NCBI GenBank assembly: GCA_947496375.1
Contig: CANMCY010000002.1
Location: forward strand, 127,116-191,115
Length of the DNA: 64,000 nucleotides
Source of the DNA: Flavobacteriales bacterium
GTDB taxonomy: Bacteria > Bacteroidota > Bacteroidia > NS11-12g > UBA955
Reading direction: 5' to 3'
The position numbers and the translations under genes are program-made. Shown in pieces: positions 29,788 through 39,987 of the stretch (positions within the stretch are counted from its first letter, which is position 1; each line of letters opens with the position of its first letter). The notes under the pieces were generated by a model that worked only from the letters and a program-made list of their open reading frames with translations, did no database searches and was not told the origin of the DNA.

Positions 29788-31675
29788 CGTATACCTCCTT
29801 TTTAAAACCTATGCTATCTATGCGCTGCATCAGGCCTGTGCCTGCCTGTTTTTCATACATCACCAAACCCGTCATCATATAGAAATATCCGGTAGCTGTT
29901 AAAATCAGCGGCCACAGCACATAATTTAACTGCACATAAAAACTCAGCACTTCTTTGGAAAAAGGATTAACACTTTGCATGGAGGCGCTAAAATTGAGCA
30001 TTACGGTAATAAAAAACCAAAAACCCATCATCAGCATCACATACAAAATACTCACCAGCATCACGGAGGCCAAAAAACGGCCCAATTGCTTAAACATTAA
30101 GCGCCAGGCAGTTTTAATCCCCTTTTTTATATTCCCATTTTCATGGTGAATGGCAATCCCTGTTCCCATGCACAACAAGGGCCAGGCAATCCATAGCAGG
30201 GGCCACCAAAAACCCTGAACCAGCCATAGCAATACGGTTGTCAAACAGGCATATTTTGCGGGTAAAAACCAGCGCTGAACCCGGGTGGGCTTATGGAGTA
30301 TACTGTTATAGGCAATATCAGACATTAGCCACAACACTGCATACCAAATCATAAAAATTACAGGTAAAACCTCCGGAAATCTGGCTGCAGAAAAAAGATA
30401 TCGGCAGGCGTAAATATTCCATAGAAGCAGTTTTGCACTGCCTGTAAACAGCTCTATGAGGGAATCCGGTGATGACTGCCCCATACTGTACATCCATCTC
30501 CTGAGCTGAAAAGCCACGTCTCTGGAGATATCGTTGGCTCCCAGCCATGCCGAGAGAAAGTAACCGCCAACACCCAGCCCTAAAGCGACCAGCAACCAGC
30601 GGCCAAAAGATGTCCGCAATTTATGGATTCCCAAAACCAGTAAAGTGCCTACACTGTATATCGTTCCGGGTAAAAAGGTGCGCACCGTCTGCGCTCTTGG
30701 CTGTTCCTCCTGCAAATCAAACTGTTGGCTGTTTCGGTGTTTCCACCAGGGTAAAACCACGAAATAATAGAGCATAAAACCCAGACTCAATAAAATGATG
30801 AGGGTTCTTTGCACAGTTCCGATATCGGTAAATCGGGTCAGATAACTTTCAATAAATGCTGCGATGATGATGATTGGCAGGCAAACCAAAAACATGGTGA
30901 TGCTTTTGCGGGCAGCATTCTGGATGGATTGCATCCTTGGCAGGGTTCCCGGAAACAAAATACCGGCTCCCAGCATAATTCCGGCGGCTCCCTCTATCAC
31001 CATAGACAGTATTTCCAGCGTACCATGCTGATAAACGGTTAATATATATTCACCGGTTAAGCCCCGAGAGGTGAAGAGGTAAGTAAACACACCCAGAACA
31101 ATCCCATTTAGCAAAAGCAGATACAATGTTCCCACACAGAAAAGGGCTCCAAAAACAAAGAAGTAGAATCCCACCCGTAGGTTATTGGTGGCAATTTGTA
31201 AAAACATTTCTCCGGCAGATTCGTCTTTATATACCCCAAGCGGGTCTCCCTTGGCTATGTTGTCCTCTGTCATGCTCACATATCCGCTACCCAGCACCGT
31301 AACGGCAAATTGTTTGTCCTGCCGGGTGCCAAAGAAACCCACTAAAAAGCCCATTAAAACCGTGATAAGCGCGATGAACATGTATTTTCTCGCACTCCAG
31401 TGAATGCGTGGTGCAGTCTGAGTAAAAAACTCCCGAATAACTTTTCTGCCTATGGGACGGCTGCGATAAATACGATCATAAACCGGGGTCAGTAAATTAT
31501 TTAGAAAGACCCTAACGGACCTGTTTGGGAAATACGTCCTGGAGTATGCCAGATCATCATTAAGTTCAAGAAATGCCCTTTCCAGCTCATCCGGGGCCAT
31601 GTTTTTAAACCGCATGTCTTCCTCAAACTGTTGCCATTTCTCACCATTGCGATTTATAAATTTCGACTCACGCAT
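29771..31675 (-). CDS. SpoIIM-family membrane protein with an extra ~300-aa C-terminal membrane domain
   Basis: MRESKFI, DDLAYSRTYFP, IATNNLRV, NGIVLG, HGTLEI, AAFIESYLTR, then a further polytopic region. Confidence 0.88.
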   Translation of the reverse strand: MRESKFINRNGEKWQQFEEDMRFKNMAPDELERAFLELNDDLAYSRTYFPNRSVRVFLNNLLTPVYDRIYRSRPIGRKVIREFFTQTAPRIHWSARKYMFIALITVLMGFLVGFFGTRQDKQFAVTVLGSGYVSMTEDNIAKGDPLGVYKDESAGEMFLQIATNNLRVGFYFFVFGALFCVGTLYLLLLNGIVLGVFTYLFTSRGLTGEYILTVYQHGTLEILSMVIEGAAGIMLGAGILFPGTLPRMQSIQNAARKSITMFLVCLPIIIIAAFIESYLTRFTDIGTVQRTLIILLSLGFMLYYFVVLPWWKHRNSQQFDLQEEQPRAQTVRTFLPGTIYSVGTLLVLGIHKLRTSFGRWLLVALGLGVGGYFLSAWLGANDISRDVAFQLRRWMYSMGQSSPDSLIELFTGSAKLLLWNIYACRYLFSAARFPEVLPVIFMIWYAVLWLMSDIAYNSILHKPTRVQRWFLPAKYACLTTVLLWLVQGFWWPLLWIAWPLLCMGTGIAIHHENGNIKKGIKTAWRLMFKQLGRFLASVMLVSILYVMLMMGFWFFITVMLNFSASMQSVNPFSKEVLSFYVQLNYVLWPLILTATGYFYMMTGLVMYEKQAGTGLMQRIDSIGFKKEVYGVETE

Positions 31676-31753
31676 TTCCCAATGCAAGGATAAGGAATTT
31701 CGAGGGCATTTTTTGGTAAAAAACCGGCTTGCCCGGGGTAACTTTGCAAACAG

Positions 31754-32467
31754 ATGGCCCGCACCATAGAAATAGTAACTGCACAACAGGTTGTTCTGAG
31801 CTATGATCTGGCATCAATTGGTGCAAGAGCTGTGGCGACCCTCACAGATCTGTTCATCCAGTTTCTTGCCCTCATCATATTGGGTTTTTCACTTGGGGGC
31901 ACTCAGCTGGGCGGATGGCTGATGTTTGCGGTCATCACCCTGTATCATTTTTCCTTTGAAGCATTTATGAATGGCCGTTCACCCGGAAAACTCATTACCG
32001 GTATCCGGGTAATGCGCACCGATGGTGCAGCACTGGGTTTTACCGACTGTTTTTTGCGATGGATTGTGCGCCCGCTTGACTTTACGTTTTCTGCCGGGTC
32101 ACTGGCATTATTCCTGGCACTGGGTTCTGAAAAACGTCAGCGGCTGGGTGACCTGATGGCCGGTACCGCTGTACTGAGCCGCAAATACCACCTAGATTAC
32201 CGTTTCAAAGATTTGCTAAGACTACATGAAAGCCGCAGTGATATTGAGGTACAGTGGCCACAACTCAGGCATATTGAAGAAAAACATATTCTGCTGATTA
32301 AAAACACCCTGCATGCGTCTGAAGATTATACCCGTCAGGTGTACGAAAAAGCCCTCAATATCTGTGCAGACAAAATTGCCGGACTGCTTGAATTGCCGGA
32401 AACCCCAAAAAACACCCGAGCATTTCTTAATCAGGTAGTAGAGGAATATATTGTACTGACCCGGTAA
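31754..32467 (+). CDS. RDD family protein
   Basis: LASIGARAVATLTD, GRSPGK, RQRLGDLMAGT. TAACTTTG at 31739-31746. Confidence 0.9.
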   Translation: MARTIEIVTAQQVVLSYDLASIGARAVATLTDLFIQFLALIILGFSLGGTQLGGWLMFAVITLYHFSFEAFMNGRSPGKLITGIRVMRTDGAALGFTDCFLRWIVRPLDFTFSAGSLALFLALGSEKRQRLGDLMAGTAVLSRKYHLDYRFKDLLRLHESRSDIEVQWPQLRHIEEKHILLIKNTLHASEDYTRQVYEKALNICADKIAGLLELPETPKNTRAFLNQVVEEYIVLTR

Positions 32468-32499
32468 GTCCTACCCTTCAATATTCGTATTTTTGTACC

Positions 32500-33513
32500 A
32501 TGAAACTGGTAACCTTTGCTCATAACGGGGAGGCCTCTGTAGGGCTTTTCACCAACAACGCACTGTATTCGCTGCATACCATCAATCCCGTTTTGCCCAA
32601 AGATATGGCATCTTTTTTAAAAGATTGGGAGACCAACAGCGCCCTGGCGCGCGGTATTGAAGTGGAAATCCATGCGGGAAAACACGCATCGGTTGCCATG
32701 GCCTATAACCCTGCTAATTTGCTGGCACCCGTGCCCAATCCAAGCAGTTGCAGAGACGGATATGCCTTCCGTCAGCATGTAGCAGCCGCTCGCCGAAACC
32801 GGGGAGTACCCATGATTCCGGAATTTGACATGTATCCGATTTTCTATTTCACCAACCATCAGGCCATTCAAGGTCCCGGCGATATCTATTGCATGCCCGA
32901 TCACTTTGAAAAACTGGACTTTGAACTGGAAGCCGCTGTGGTGATTGGTAAAAAGGGCCGCAATATCAAAGCCGCTGAGGCCGACAACTATATTGCCGGC
33001 TACATGGTTATGAATGATATGAGTGCACGCCGACTGCAAATGGAGGAAATGTTGCTGAACCTCGGACCGGCAAAGGGTAAAGATTTTAGCACCGTTATCG
33101 GGCCATGGCTGGTAACACCGGATGAGCTGGAACCCTACCGCATATCGGCCAAACCCGGGCACACCGGCGCCAGTTATAACCTTCGAATGACCTGCACGGT
33201 TAACTGCATACAGGTGAGTGAAGGCAATATGGGCGATATGGACTGGACTTTTGCCGAAATCATTGAACGTTGTGCTTACGGCGCTGATATTCACCCCGGC
33301 GATGTCATTGGCAGCGGCACAGTAGGCACCGGCTGCTTTTTGGAACTAAACGGAACCGGCAAATTACAAGATTCCAACTATAATGAACAGTGGCTGCAGG
33401 ACGGTGATGAAGTGGTTCTGACCATAGATGGTTTGGGAACACTGCACAATACCATCCGTAAGGAAAATTCCGATTTCAGCATTCTGGCGCTGAAGAAACA
33501 GCCTTTGGATTAA
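32500..33513 (+). CDS. Fumarylacetoacetate hydrolase family protein
   Basis: RDGYAFRQH, LDFELE, NDMSAR, KGKDF, GDVIGSGT. Confidence 0.93.
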   Translation: MKLVTFAHNGEASVGLFTNNALYSLHTINPVLPKDMASFLKDWETNSALARGIEVEIHAGKHASVAMAYNPANLLAPVPNPSSCRDGYAFRQHVAAARRNRGVPMIPEFDMYPIFYFTNHQAIQGPGDIYCMPDHFEKLDFELEAAVVIGKKGRNIKAAEADNYIAGYMVMNDMSARRLQMEEMLLNLGPAKGKDFSTVIGPWLVTPDELEPYRISAKPGHTGASYNLRMTCTVNCIQVSEGNMGDMDWTFAEIIERCAYGADIHPGDVIGSGTVGTGCFLELNGTGKLQDSNYNEQWLQDGDEVVLTIDGLGTLHNTIRKENSDFSILALKKQPLD

Positions 33514-33514
33514 A

Positions 33515-35449
33515 TTAATAATGAAATCTCCAGACCAGCCCCAGCACAAAACGCTGTGGCTCTATGGCATAGCCCTGTGCTGACATAAACGCATTGGACA
33601 CCCCGTAATTCACGAGGTAATTATTGATGTGTGCCATTTTAAAGGTCACAATTACTGTTTTAATCTCTCCGGTAAAAAACACATCTGCCACGGGGTAATT
33701 GCCACCGGGCCTGCCGGTATTGTTAATGTAAAAATTAGCCATGTCGGGGCGATACGCCCAGGCAATATGCTCGCTTTGCCAGGCCACATCTACCCCAAAA
33801 CGGGCATGCAGCGCCTTTTTAAACATGTAACCCTGCACATATATACTGCTGAGTGTGCTAAACCGGGGCGCTGACCAAACCGTTTCATCCGAAATGTTTT
33901 GAAGGTAAAAAATATGATCGGTGTGAAGTTTACCCGCCTGCAAATGAACATGGCCTCGTATTTGCCGGTATGTGAGTTCCGCTGAACGGCTGAAAATTGC
34001 GTCTCCGCCATTATAAATCATGCCTTCAGCGCTTCCTGATACGTATGCCAAAGATAGTCTGTTGCGTTTCCCTGAATAAGAAATACCCAACTCAGCGGCC
34101 GTTGTTTTTACCGCCGGCCAGGCATTGCTGATTCGAAATTGATTGCTGAAAAACCGCTGCTGAAATAATCCCGGCATGGCTTTTTGTGACTGATAACGCA
34201 AGGCAAGTGCCCAGCGTTTGGCCATAGTCCATTGACCACCCAACCTAAGATTGTAATCCCCTTGGTTGTATCCACTCAGATAGGTGGCTGCTTCGGCCTG
34301 CCACTCCCATTTTTTGCCCTGCCCGTATGCATGAGCATGGAGACCCTGCGACATATTTTCATCTTTACCCGACAATAAATATTTTGCGCTGTAACTCATC
34401 CATTCGTGAGAATACCATGCCCTCAAACCTATCAGTAGTGCAGTGTTTTTAATATGATAACCCAGCCCGATTCGATTACTGAGTCCGTTCCATGCGCTGC
34501 TGTCATTCAGACTGTCTGCACTGCGGTATGTTTGGGCTCCATAAAAACCGGTATCCCTGCGTGAATCGAGATATCGGTAGGAGGTGCGGGTCCAGTCTGC
34601 TCGGTGAAACAGATAGGGCATCCCCTTACCAAAGGTATACTGGGTTTCTGCCAGATGATGACGGTTTGCATACACTGTCTGCGCCGTACTGAGCCGGGAA
34701 CTGTAATTGCCGCGGGTATTGAAACTATAACGAGGTTGTGTATCTATGACATTATCAAAAAACAACAATGTATCATTATCCAACCCGCCATTTTCCAGCC
34801 GCCTGGCTCGATTCCAGGAAAGAATGGCAAACTGCTTCAGACGGCCATTTTTGGAAGTGTAATAACTGCCAAGAGCAGTTCCCCTGTGCAAATGGTCCTG
34901 TTTGCTGTTTATGTAGTATTCTTTGTTGTTTACACTTCTGTAATCGAGTGCAATGTTCCAGTTTTTGCGGATATTTTGGGTGTGTTGTGCCTGCAGGGCA
35001 ATAAATCCACTCCCCCCTTGCTGATAATTAAAGCGGGTGAAAGGCATCTTGGCACGATAGAACGTAAATGTTTCCGGATTAACATCCTGAAAGACGTAGG
35101 GATTAAAACCCGTCTGCAGTCCTGCATTGACAAATGGATGAATCAACAGCGATTTTTGGGGTGATGCATAATGGCCCAAATCTACATAGGGCAGACCGGT
35201 TGCTCTGGCCCTGTCATAACGTTGAACCATGGGTAAGGTGCTATCCCATGCCACAAAAGAGTCCCTTCCTGCACTAAGGTCTGTGAAGCGCGCCGAGCCG
35301 GGATCTGCGCGAACTCCGGTAATCTTGCGCATACTGTCTGTCCGGCCTTGCGGCGTTTCACGATCCATTCTGCCAAAACCACCCGGTATCTGGGCGTGCA
35401 GGAGTAACCCTGAAATTCCCAATAGCAGTGACACCGACAAACGCAACAT
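33515..35449 (-). CDS. Putative porin (Porin_10-like Bacteroidota beta-barrel)
   Basis: Signal peptide, PFTRFNYQQG, HTQNI, ENGG, GNYPVADVF, C-terminal GLVWRF. Confidence 0.85.
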   Translation of the reverse strand: MLRLSVSLLLGISGLLLHAQIPGGFGRMDRETPQGRTDSMRKITGVRADPGSARFTDLSAGRDSFVAWDSTLPMVQRYDRARATGLPYVDLGHYASPQKSLLIHPFVNAGLQTGFNPYVFQDVNPETFTFYRAKMPFTRFNYQQGGSGFIALQAQHTQNIRKNWNIALDYRSVNNKEYYINSKQDHLHRGTALGSYYTSKNGRLKQFAILSWNRARRLENGGLDNDTLLFFDNVIDTQPRYSFNTRGNYSSRLSTAQTVYANRHHLAETQYTFGKGMPYLFHRADWTRTSYRYLDSRRDTGFYGAQTYRSADSLNDSSAWNGLSNRIGLGYHIKNTALLIGLRAWYSHEWMSYSAKYLLSGKDENMSQGLHAHAYGQGKKWEWQAEAATYLSGYNQGDYNLRLGGQWTMAKRWALALRYQSQKAMPGLFQQRFFSNQFRISNAWPAVKTTAAELGISYSGKRNRLSLAYVSGSAEGMIYNGGDAIFSRSAELTYRQIRGHVHLQAGKLHTDHIFYLQNISDETVWSAPRFSTLSSIYVQGYMFKKALHARFGVDVAWQSEHIAWAYRPDMANFYINNTGRPGGNYPVADVFFTGEIKTVIVTFKMAHINNYLVNYGVSNAFMSAQGYAIEPQRFVLGLVWRFHY

Positions 35450-35552
35450 GGATGCAAAATTGCAGGTTTTTTTCGGCTTTATTGTGGTTTTGCCCGACGA
35501 ATTCCCCAAAAGGACAGCAGAATGCCTCAGGGGTTGCCGTACATTTGCTGTT

Positions 35553-36014
35553 ATGTCATTTGGAACTGCCGCGCTGTTGAGTTTTCTGTGGTCCACCGTA
35601 AAATATCTGATTGGGGTCGGTGTGGCTTTGGCCGGTTTTCACGATCCGCTCTTTGGGTGGATTTTCACCTCGGCAGGTGCATTTCTGGGTGTTGTATTGT
35701 TTACTTACAGCGAATATTGGCTGGAAAGCTACCTAAAAAAATTCAGCAAAAGTAAAAAGCGTTTCACCAAAACCAACCGGCGGCTGGTTTGGATGCGGCT
35801 GCACGGCGGACTTCCACTCATTGCCATGCTCACCCCTCTTATCCTTAGCATTCCTGTGGGTACCTTGCTTTGTACAACCTTCATCCAGGAAAAACACAAA
35901 ATCATCCTATGGCAAAGCATAAGCATCGCATTTTGGGGAACCTTAATTTTTGGTTCACTGCTGTTTTTCGATGTCAACTTAGTGCAATACCTACAGCGAT
36001 TGAATTTGGTTTAG
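35553..36014 (+). CDS. Small membrane protein (small multi-drug export-like)
   Basis: Hydrophobic, FTKTNRRLV...GLPLIAMLTPLILSIPVG. TACATTTG at 35540-35547. Confidence 0.7.
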   Translation: MSFGTAALLSFLWSTVKYLIGVGVALAGFHDPLFGWIFTSAGAFLGVVLFTYSEYWLESYLKKFSKSKKRFTKTNRRLVWMRLHGGLPLIAMLTPLILSIPVGTLLCTTFIQEKHKIILWQSISIAFWGTLIFGSLLFFDVNLVQYLQRLNLV

Positions 36015-36041
36015 GGCTCAAAGCCCTATATTCGCAATATT

Positions 36042-38069
36042 GTGCGAAATTTAGTCTTATTATATGCCTTTGTGGCTCTTACCACGGTTGCTTGCAGCCG
36101 TAAGACTGCTCGGTGGGACAACAACGTTGCTGTACCCCTGTTCAGCACCGAAATGACCCTAAATGATGTGGACAGGCGCTTTCTGGTCAACAATGCCTCC
36201 GATAGCGGGTATACCCTGATATACGACAATTTGGTTTACAATGCCCGCAGTCTCAGGGTTACCGCACCCGATACCAGCTTGAATACTGCCTTCACCCTGC
36301 GCCGCCTTAAACTCAGCGACCGAAGCATTGTGCAACGCATTACACTGGCGCAGATTAACCCTACTTTCCGCCTACTTGACGGTCAAACCATTGGAGTTCC
36401 TGCACAGAATCAAACTAACCTAAGCCCGGTAGACATTGATGCATCGGCGTTTTTTGAAACCGCCACCCTCGATTCGGGATTTTTGGATATTTCCATCAAC
36501 AATGAACTGCCCGTAAAGGTCTCCCTACTGGTATTTGAACTGCAGAACGCATCAGACGGTTCGGTTGTGGCCAAAGACTCATTCCTGAATATCAATCAGG
36601 GTTCAAGTGCTACCAAAAGCATCAGCTTGCGTAACAAGACCGTAAACAAAGGACTTAAAGGTGTAATCCGCCACCTGATTACCGAAGCCAGCAATGGTCC
36701 GGTGCTAATTAATGTATCTAAAGGGGTGGAGGTAACACTCACCGTGCGAAATCTTCGCCCCCGCAATGCCATCGCTGCTTTCCCCAACCAAAACGTGATA
36801 GAGCAGGATGAAGCACTGGTGCTGGATATGGGTGGTCCACAGGTGAAATTCTTCAAGGTTAAGCAGGGTTGGTTAAGACTCAAAGTGGAATCTACCATCC
36901 AGGAAAACATGACCATGGTGCTCAAAATCCCATCGGCCAGTCTGAATGGAGTGCCCCTTGAGCGCGTGGTGAAAATGCCGGGCGCCAAGCCAGGTAACAC
37001 TGAACGCAAAGAGGAAACCGTGGATATGAGCGGTTATTTGCTCGATTACCGGGGACGGGATCCCAATGTAAAAGATACCGTAAATACGTTTCATCAGATT
37101 ATGATTGTGTCGCTGGACAGCAGCGGCCGTAAGGTACAGGTTACACTCAATGACAGTCTGCGAATCTATTATGCGCTCACAGATTTGCTGCCCGAGTACG
37201 CCACAGGTTATATGGGTCAAACCCTGAATAACTCCGTTGGAAAGGCCCCGTTTGTCCTCTTCAAAGGGGCTGATGGTAATATTGTATTTAAGGATTTCAA
37301 GGCCTCTGTGCTGGTGAAGAACAGTATCGGTGCCGAAGGCAGGGTGCGGGTAAAATCGCTGGAAAGCGAAAATGTTTTTAGTGGCAATAAAGTAAAATTG
37401 AGCGCCTCTCCCCTTAATAATGATGTACTTATTGGCCCTGCACCCTTCATGTATGGAGAAACCACAGACAAACAGGTAGTACTTGATGGCAGCAATTCCA
37501 ACATCAAGGCATTTGTAGAGAATTTGCCCCAGCTTATCCATTACGATATTGACATAGAAACCAATCCCAATGGCAATGTCAGCAACTGGAAAGACTTTGT
37601 ATTTGACAATTCAAGTGCCGACATTTACCTCCGGCTGGAAGCGCCTGTGAGCTTTACCGTAGGCGGATTGAATCTCCGTGATACCCAGGGTATAGAAGCA
37701 GCCAGTGTTCCTCAGGTACAGCGAGTGAAAAGTGCAACTATAATTTTTGATGTAGAAAATGATTATCCGTTCGAGGTAGATATGGCCTTTTCCCTGTTGG
37801 ATCAATATGGCAATGCATTAGGCGATGTCACGGTAAATCCAGGGACCATTATGGCCGGCAAAACCACGCCTTCCGGTGAACCCATGGCCGCATCCAGAAC
37901 GGTGTTGCGGGCAAATATTCCCCGAGAACGCACAGAGTCCCTTAGAAAGGCACATGCTGTGGCCATTAAAGCCCGGGTGGTGGGAAATGGCACACAGCAA
38001 AAGATATATAACACCTATAAACTCAGGGTAAAAACCAGTCTGCAAGCCGAGTATGAAGCACAGTTTTAA
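36042..38069 (+). CDS. Large beta-rich lipoprotein of unknown function
   Basis: Lipobox VAC-S, WDNNVAVPL N-terminus, repeated I/V-x-N-x-L/Y-P beta-sandwich-like units. Confidence 0.8.
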   Translation: MRNLVLLYAFVALTTVACSRKTARWDNNVAVPLFSTEMTLNDVDRRFLVNNASDSGYTLIYDNLVYNARSLRVTAPDTSLNTAFTLRRLKLSDRSIVQRITLAQINPTFRLLDGQTIGVPAQNQTNLSPVDIDASAFFETATLDSGFLDISINNELPVKVSLLVFELQNASDGSVVAKDSFLNINQGSSATKSISLRNKTVNKGLKGVIRHLITEASNGPVLINVSKGVEVTLTVRNLRPRNAIAAFPNQNVIEQDEALVLDMGGPQVKFFKVKQGWLRLKVESTIQENMTMVLKIPSASLNGVPLERVVKMPGAKPGNTERKEETVDMSGYLLDYRGRDPNVKDTVNTFHQIMIVSLDSSGRKVQVTLNDSLRIYYALTDLLPEYATGYMGQTLNNSVGKAPFVLFKGADGNIVFKDFKASVLVKNSIGAEGRVRVKSLESENVFSGNKVKLSASPLNNDVLIGPAPFMYGETTDKQVVLDGSNSNIKAFVENLPQLIHYDIDIETNPNGNVSNWKDFVFDNSSADIYLRLEAPVSFTVGGLNLRDTQGIEAASVPQVQRVKSATIIFDVENDYPFEVDMAFSLLDQYGNALGDVTVNPGTIMAGKTTPSGEPMAASRTVLRANIPRERTESLRKAHAVAIKARVVGNGTQQKIYNTYKLRVKTSLQAEYEAQF

Positions 38070-39324
38070 ATTCCTTTTGGGGTTGCTACTGGCAGCCCAA
38101 ACATTGCAGGCACAGAAAAATAACAACACCAAAGTGCCCGAAATAGCGGCCAAAAACGATACGTCTGTTAACCTGCCATCAAGAGATACTGTTTATACCA
38201 TACAATCCAAAATGATAGCGGTTTCCATATCAAGCGAAAGCGGCTCTGCCGGAATGCCATTGTCCATTACAGGTCGTTTTTTGCTGGGGGGTTATATTCC
38301 TTCAGAACGCATTTCCCAAACCGAAGCTCGATTAAAATCGCAGGTTAGCGGGGGAATTGCTTCAACCATGCAGCTGAATGTTTCTGACAAGTTCTTTATA
38401 CGCCGTCATCAGATGGGTGGTATTCGCTTTAATGATGATGCTTTCCGGCTGGTTTTTCAAGGCAACGGCGCGTATTTAGGACAAACCCTGGATGCACGTA
38501 TCAAAAAAGCAACACAGTGGGATGTGCTGGAGCTGGGTTTTGGATTTGAAAAATCCAAAAATTTACTTCAGGGAAAAGGCAAGGTTACTTACAAAGGAAG
38601 CATCAACCCAGGATGGTTGCGCAGTTACAGCGCTGTTAATAATTTTAGGACACAGGTCTACACAGACACCCTGGCCCAGCATGTAGATGTGCTGTGGGGT
38701 GGCAATGTGCAGCGTGCCCAAGGCGGATTTGGCCTTACTATCAATTCCGGTATCACTTATGATTTCAGTTCCGGACCATGGAAAATGGTTTTCGTAGGTT
38801 TGGAAAATGCCGGATTGTATTATACCCATGAACTCAAAACATACGGCCGCTTGCCGGGTATGGCAGACAGTACGGTACGCCTCCAATCTGCCAGTACTTC
38901 ACTTAACCGTATTTTCCGTGGCGACTGGTTGGGTGACCGCATTGATACCATTAAAAGGCAAATTGGACTGGATAGCAGCCGTAAATCGAACACCCTGTTA
39001 GCCCCTTTTGCAGTCTACCTCGCCGCGAATCATGAAAAATGGGGCTTCGTTAGATTGAGCTATCGAAATTTACCGGGATATCTGCCCCGGCTTGATTATC
39101 AGCCCAAAATCAAATTGGGTATTGGTGCGCTTCGATTTTACCCCAGTGTAAGCCTGGGCGGTTTTGATACCTGGAATATTAATTTACTGAGTTACTGGAC
39201 ATGGAAGCCCATACAGCGTGGCGGATTGCAGGTAAATATGCGCCTCGAAGGCCTGGAAAGTCTGGTGATGCCGAGTCGTCTCAATGGCTTTGGGGCTTTG
39301 GTTACCCTTCGGGTTAGATTGTAA
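38053..39324 (+). CDS. Outer-membrane beta-barrel-like protein (possibly DUF5723-like)
   Basis: Signal peptide, DAFRLVFQGN motif, amphipathic strands, terminal strand. Overlaps the lipoprotein stop. Confidence 0.6.
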   Translation: MKHSFKFLLGLLLAAQTLQAQKNNNTKVPEIAAKNDTSVNLPSRDTVYTIQSKMIAVSISSESGSAGMPLSITGRFLLGGYIPSERISQTEARLKSQVSGGIASTMQLNVSDKFFIRRHQMGGIRFNDDAFRLVFQGNGAYLGQTLDARIKKATQWDVLELGFGFEKSKNLLQGKGKVTYKGSINPGWLRSYSAVNNFRTQVYTDTLAQHVDVLWGGNVQRAQGGFGLTINSGITYDFSSGPWKMVFVGLENAGLYYTHELKTYGRLPGMADSTVRLQSASTSLNRIFRGDWLGDRIDTIKRQIGLDSSRKSNTLLAPFAVYLAANHEKWGFVRLSYRNLPGYLPRLDYQPKIKLGIGALRFYPSVSLGGFDTWNINLLSYWTWKPIQRGGLQVNMRLEGLESLVMPSRLNGFGALVTLRVRL

Positions 39325-39339
39325 TACACATTTGTACCT

Positions 39340-39954
39340 TCATTTACCGGGGTAGCTGCGCTCGCCGGCGCGGACAAATACCGGAATGAAATGAGATGCA
39401 GGTACCAAAGGGCATGCATAGTTATGATTGTAATGGCAGTAGGGATTGAAAGCACGGTTAAAATCCAGCACGACGTCGTCGGAACCGGCATGCTGAAATT
39501 CAATATAACGTCCCCCCTGATAACTCTCTTTGCCATTGGTTGAATCCCGAAACATAATAAAAAAGGCGGTTTCCGCGGAATCCTCAAAATAGGCCTCTAT
39601 CTCACATTCACGATTTTGAATGCGGAATTTAAATGTTCCCGCAACCTTGTAAACCCGCTTCTTACCTTTGGAATCAGGCAGCGTTACCCAATTGCCGGAA
39701 TGGCGCTTATCCCAGCGACAATTGACTTTCCATTCGGTAGATACCGGATAATATTGCAAACCACTAAAATCTTCCTGTACATCCCTGAATGGGCTATTGG
39801 GCGACATAGCAAAAGCAGCGTCCTTCTGCTGTCGCTCGTGGATTACGGCGTTTGTATAAATGCTGTCAGACTGCTCCTTATCACGAACATCCTCGTTGCT
39901 ATGACAAGCCATAAATAGCAACGACAATAGCACACACCCAATGCTTTTTCTCAT
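39340..39954 (-). CDS. DUF1684 domain lipoprotein
   Basis: FMAC lipobox, FRDSTNGKESYQGGRYI, LDFNRAFNPYC.YN..YACP. Confidence 0.93.
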   Translation of the reverse strand: MRKSIGCVLLSLLFMACHSNEDVRDKEQSDSIYTNAVIHERQQKDAAFAMSPNSPFRDVQEDFSGLQYYPVSTEWKVNCRWDKRHSGNWVTLPDSKGKKRVYKVAGTFKFRIQNRECEIEAYFEDSAETAFFIMFRDSTNGKESYQGGRYIEFQHAGSDDVVLDFNRAFNPYCHYNHNYACPLVPASHFIPVFVRAGERSYPGK

Positions 39955-39987
39955 GTTCCGTGCAAATTTGCGTAATTTCGCAAACAG

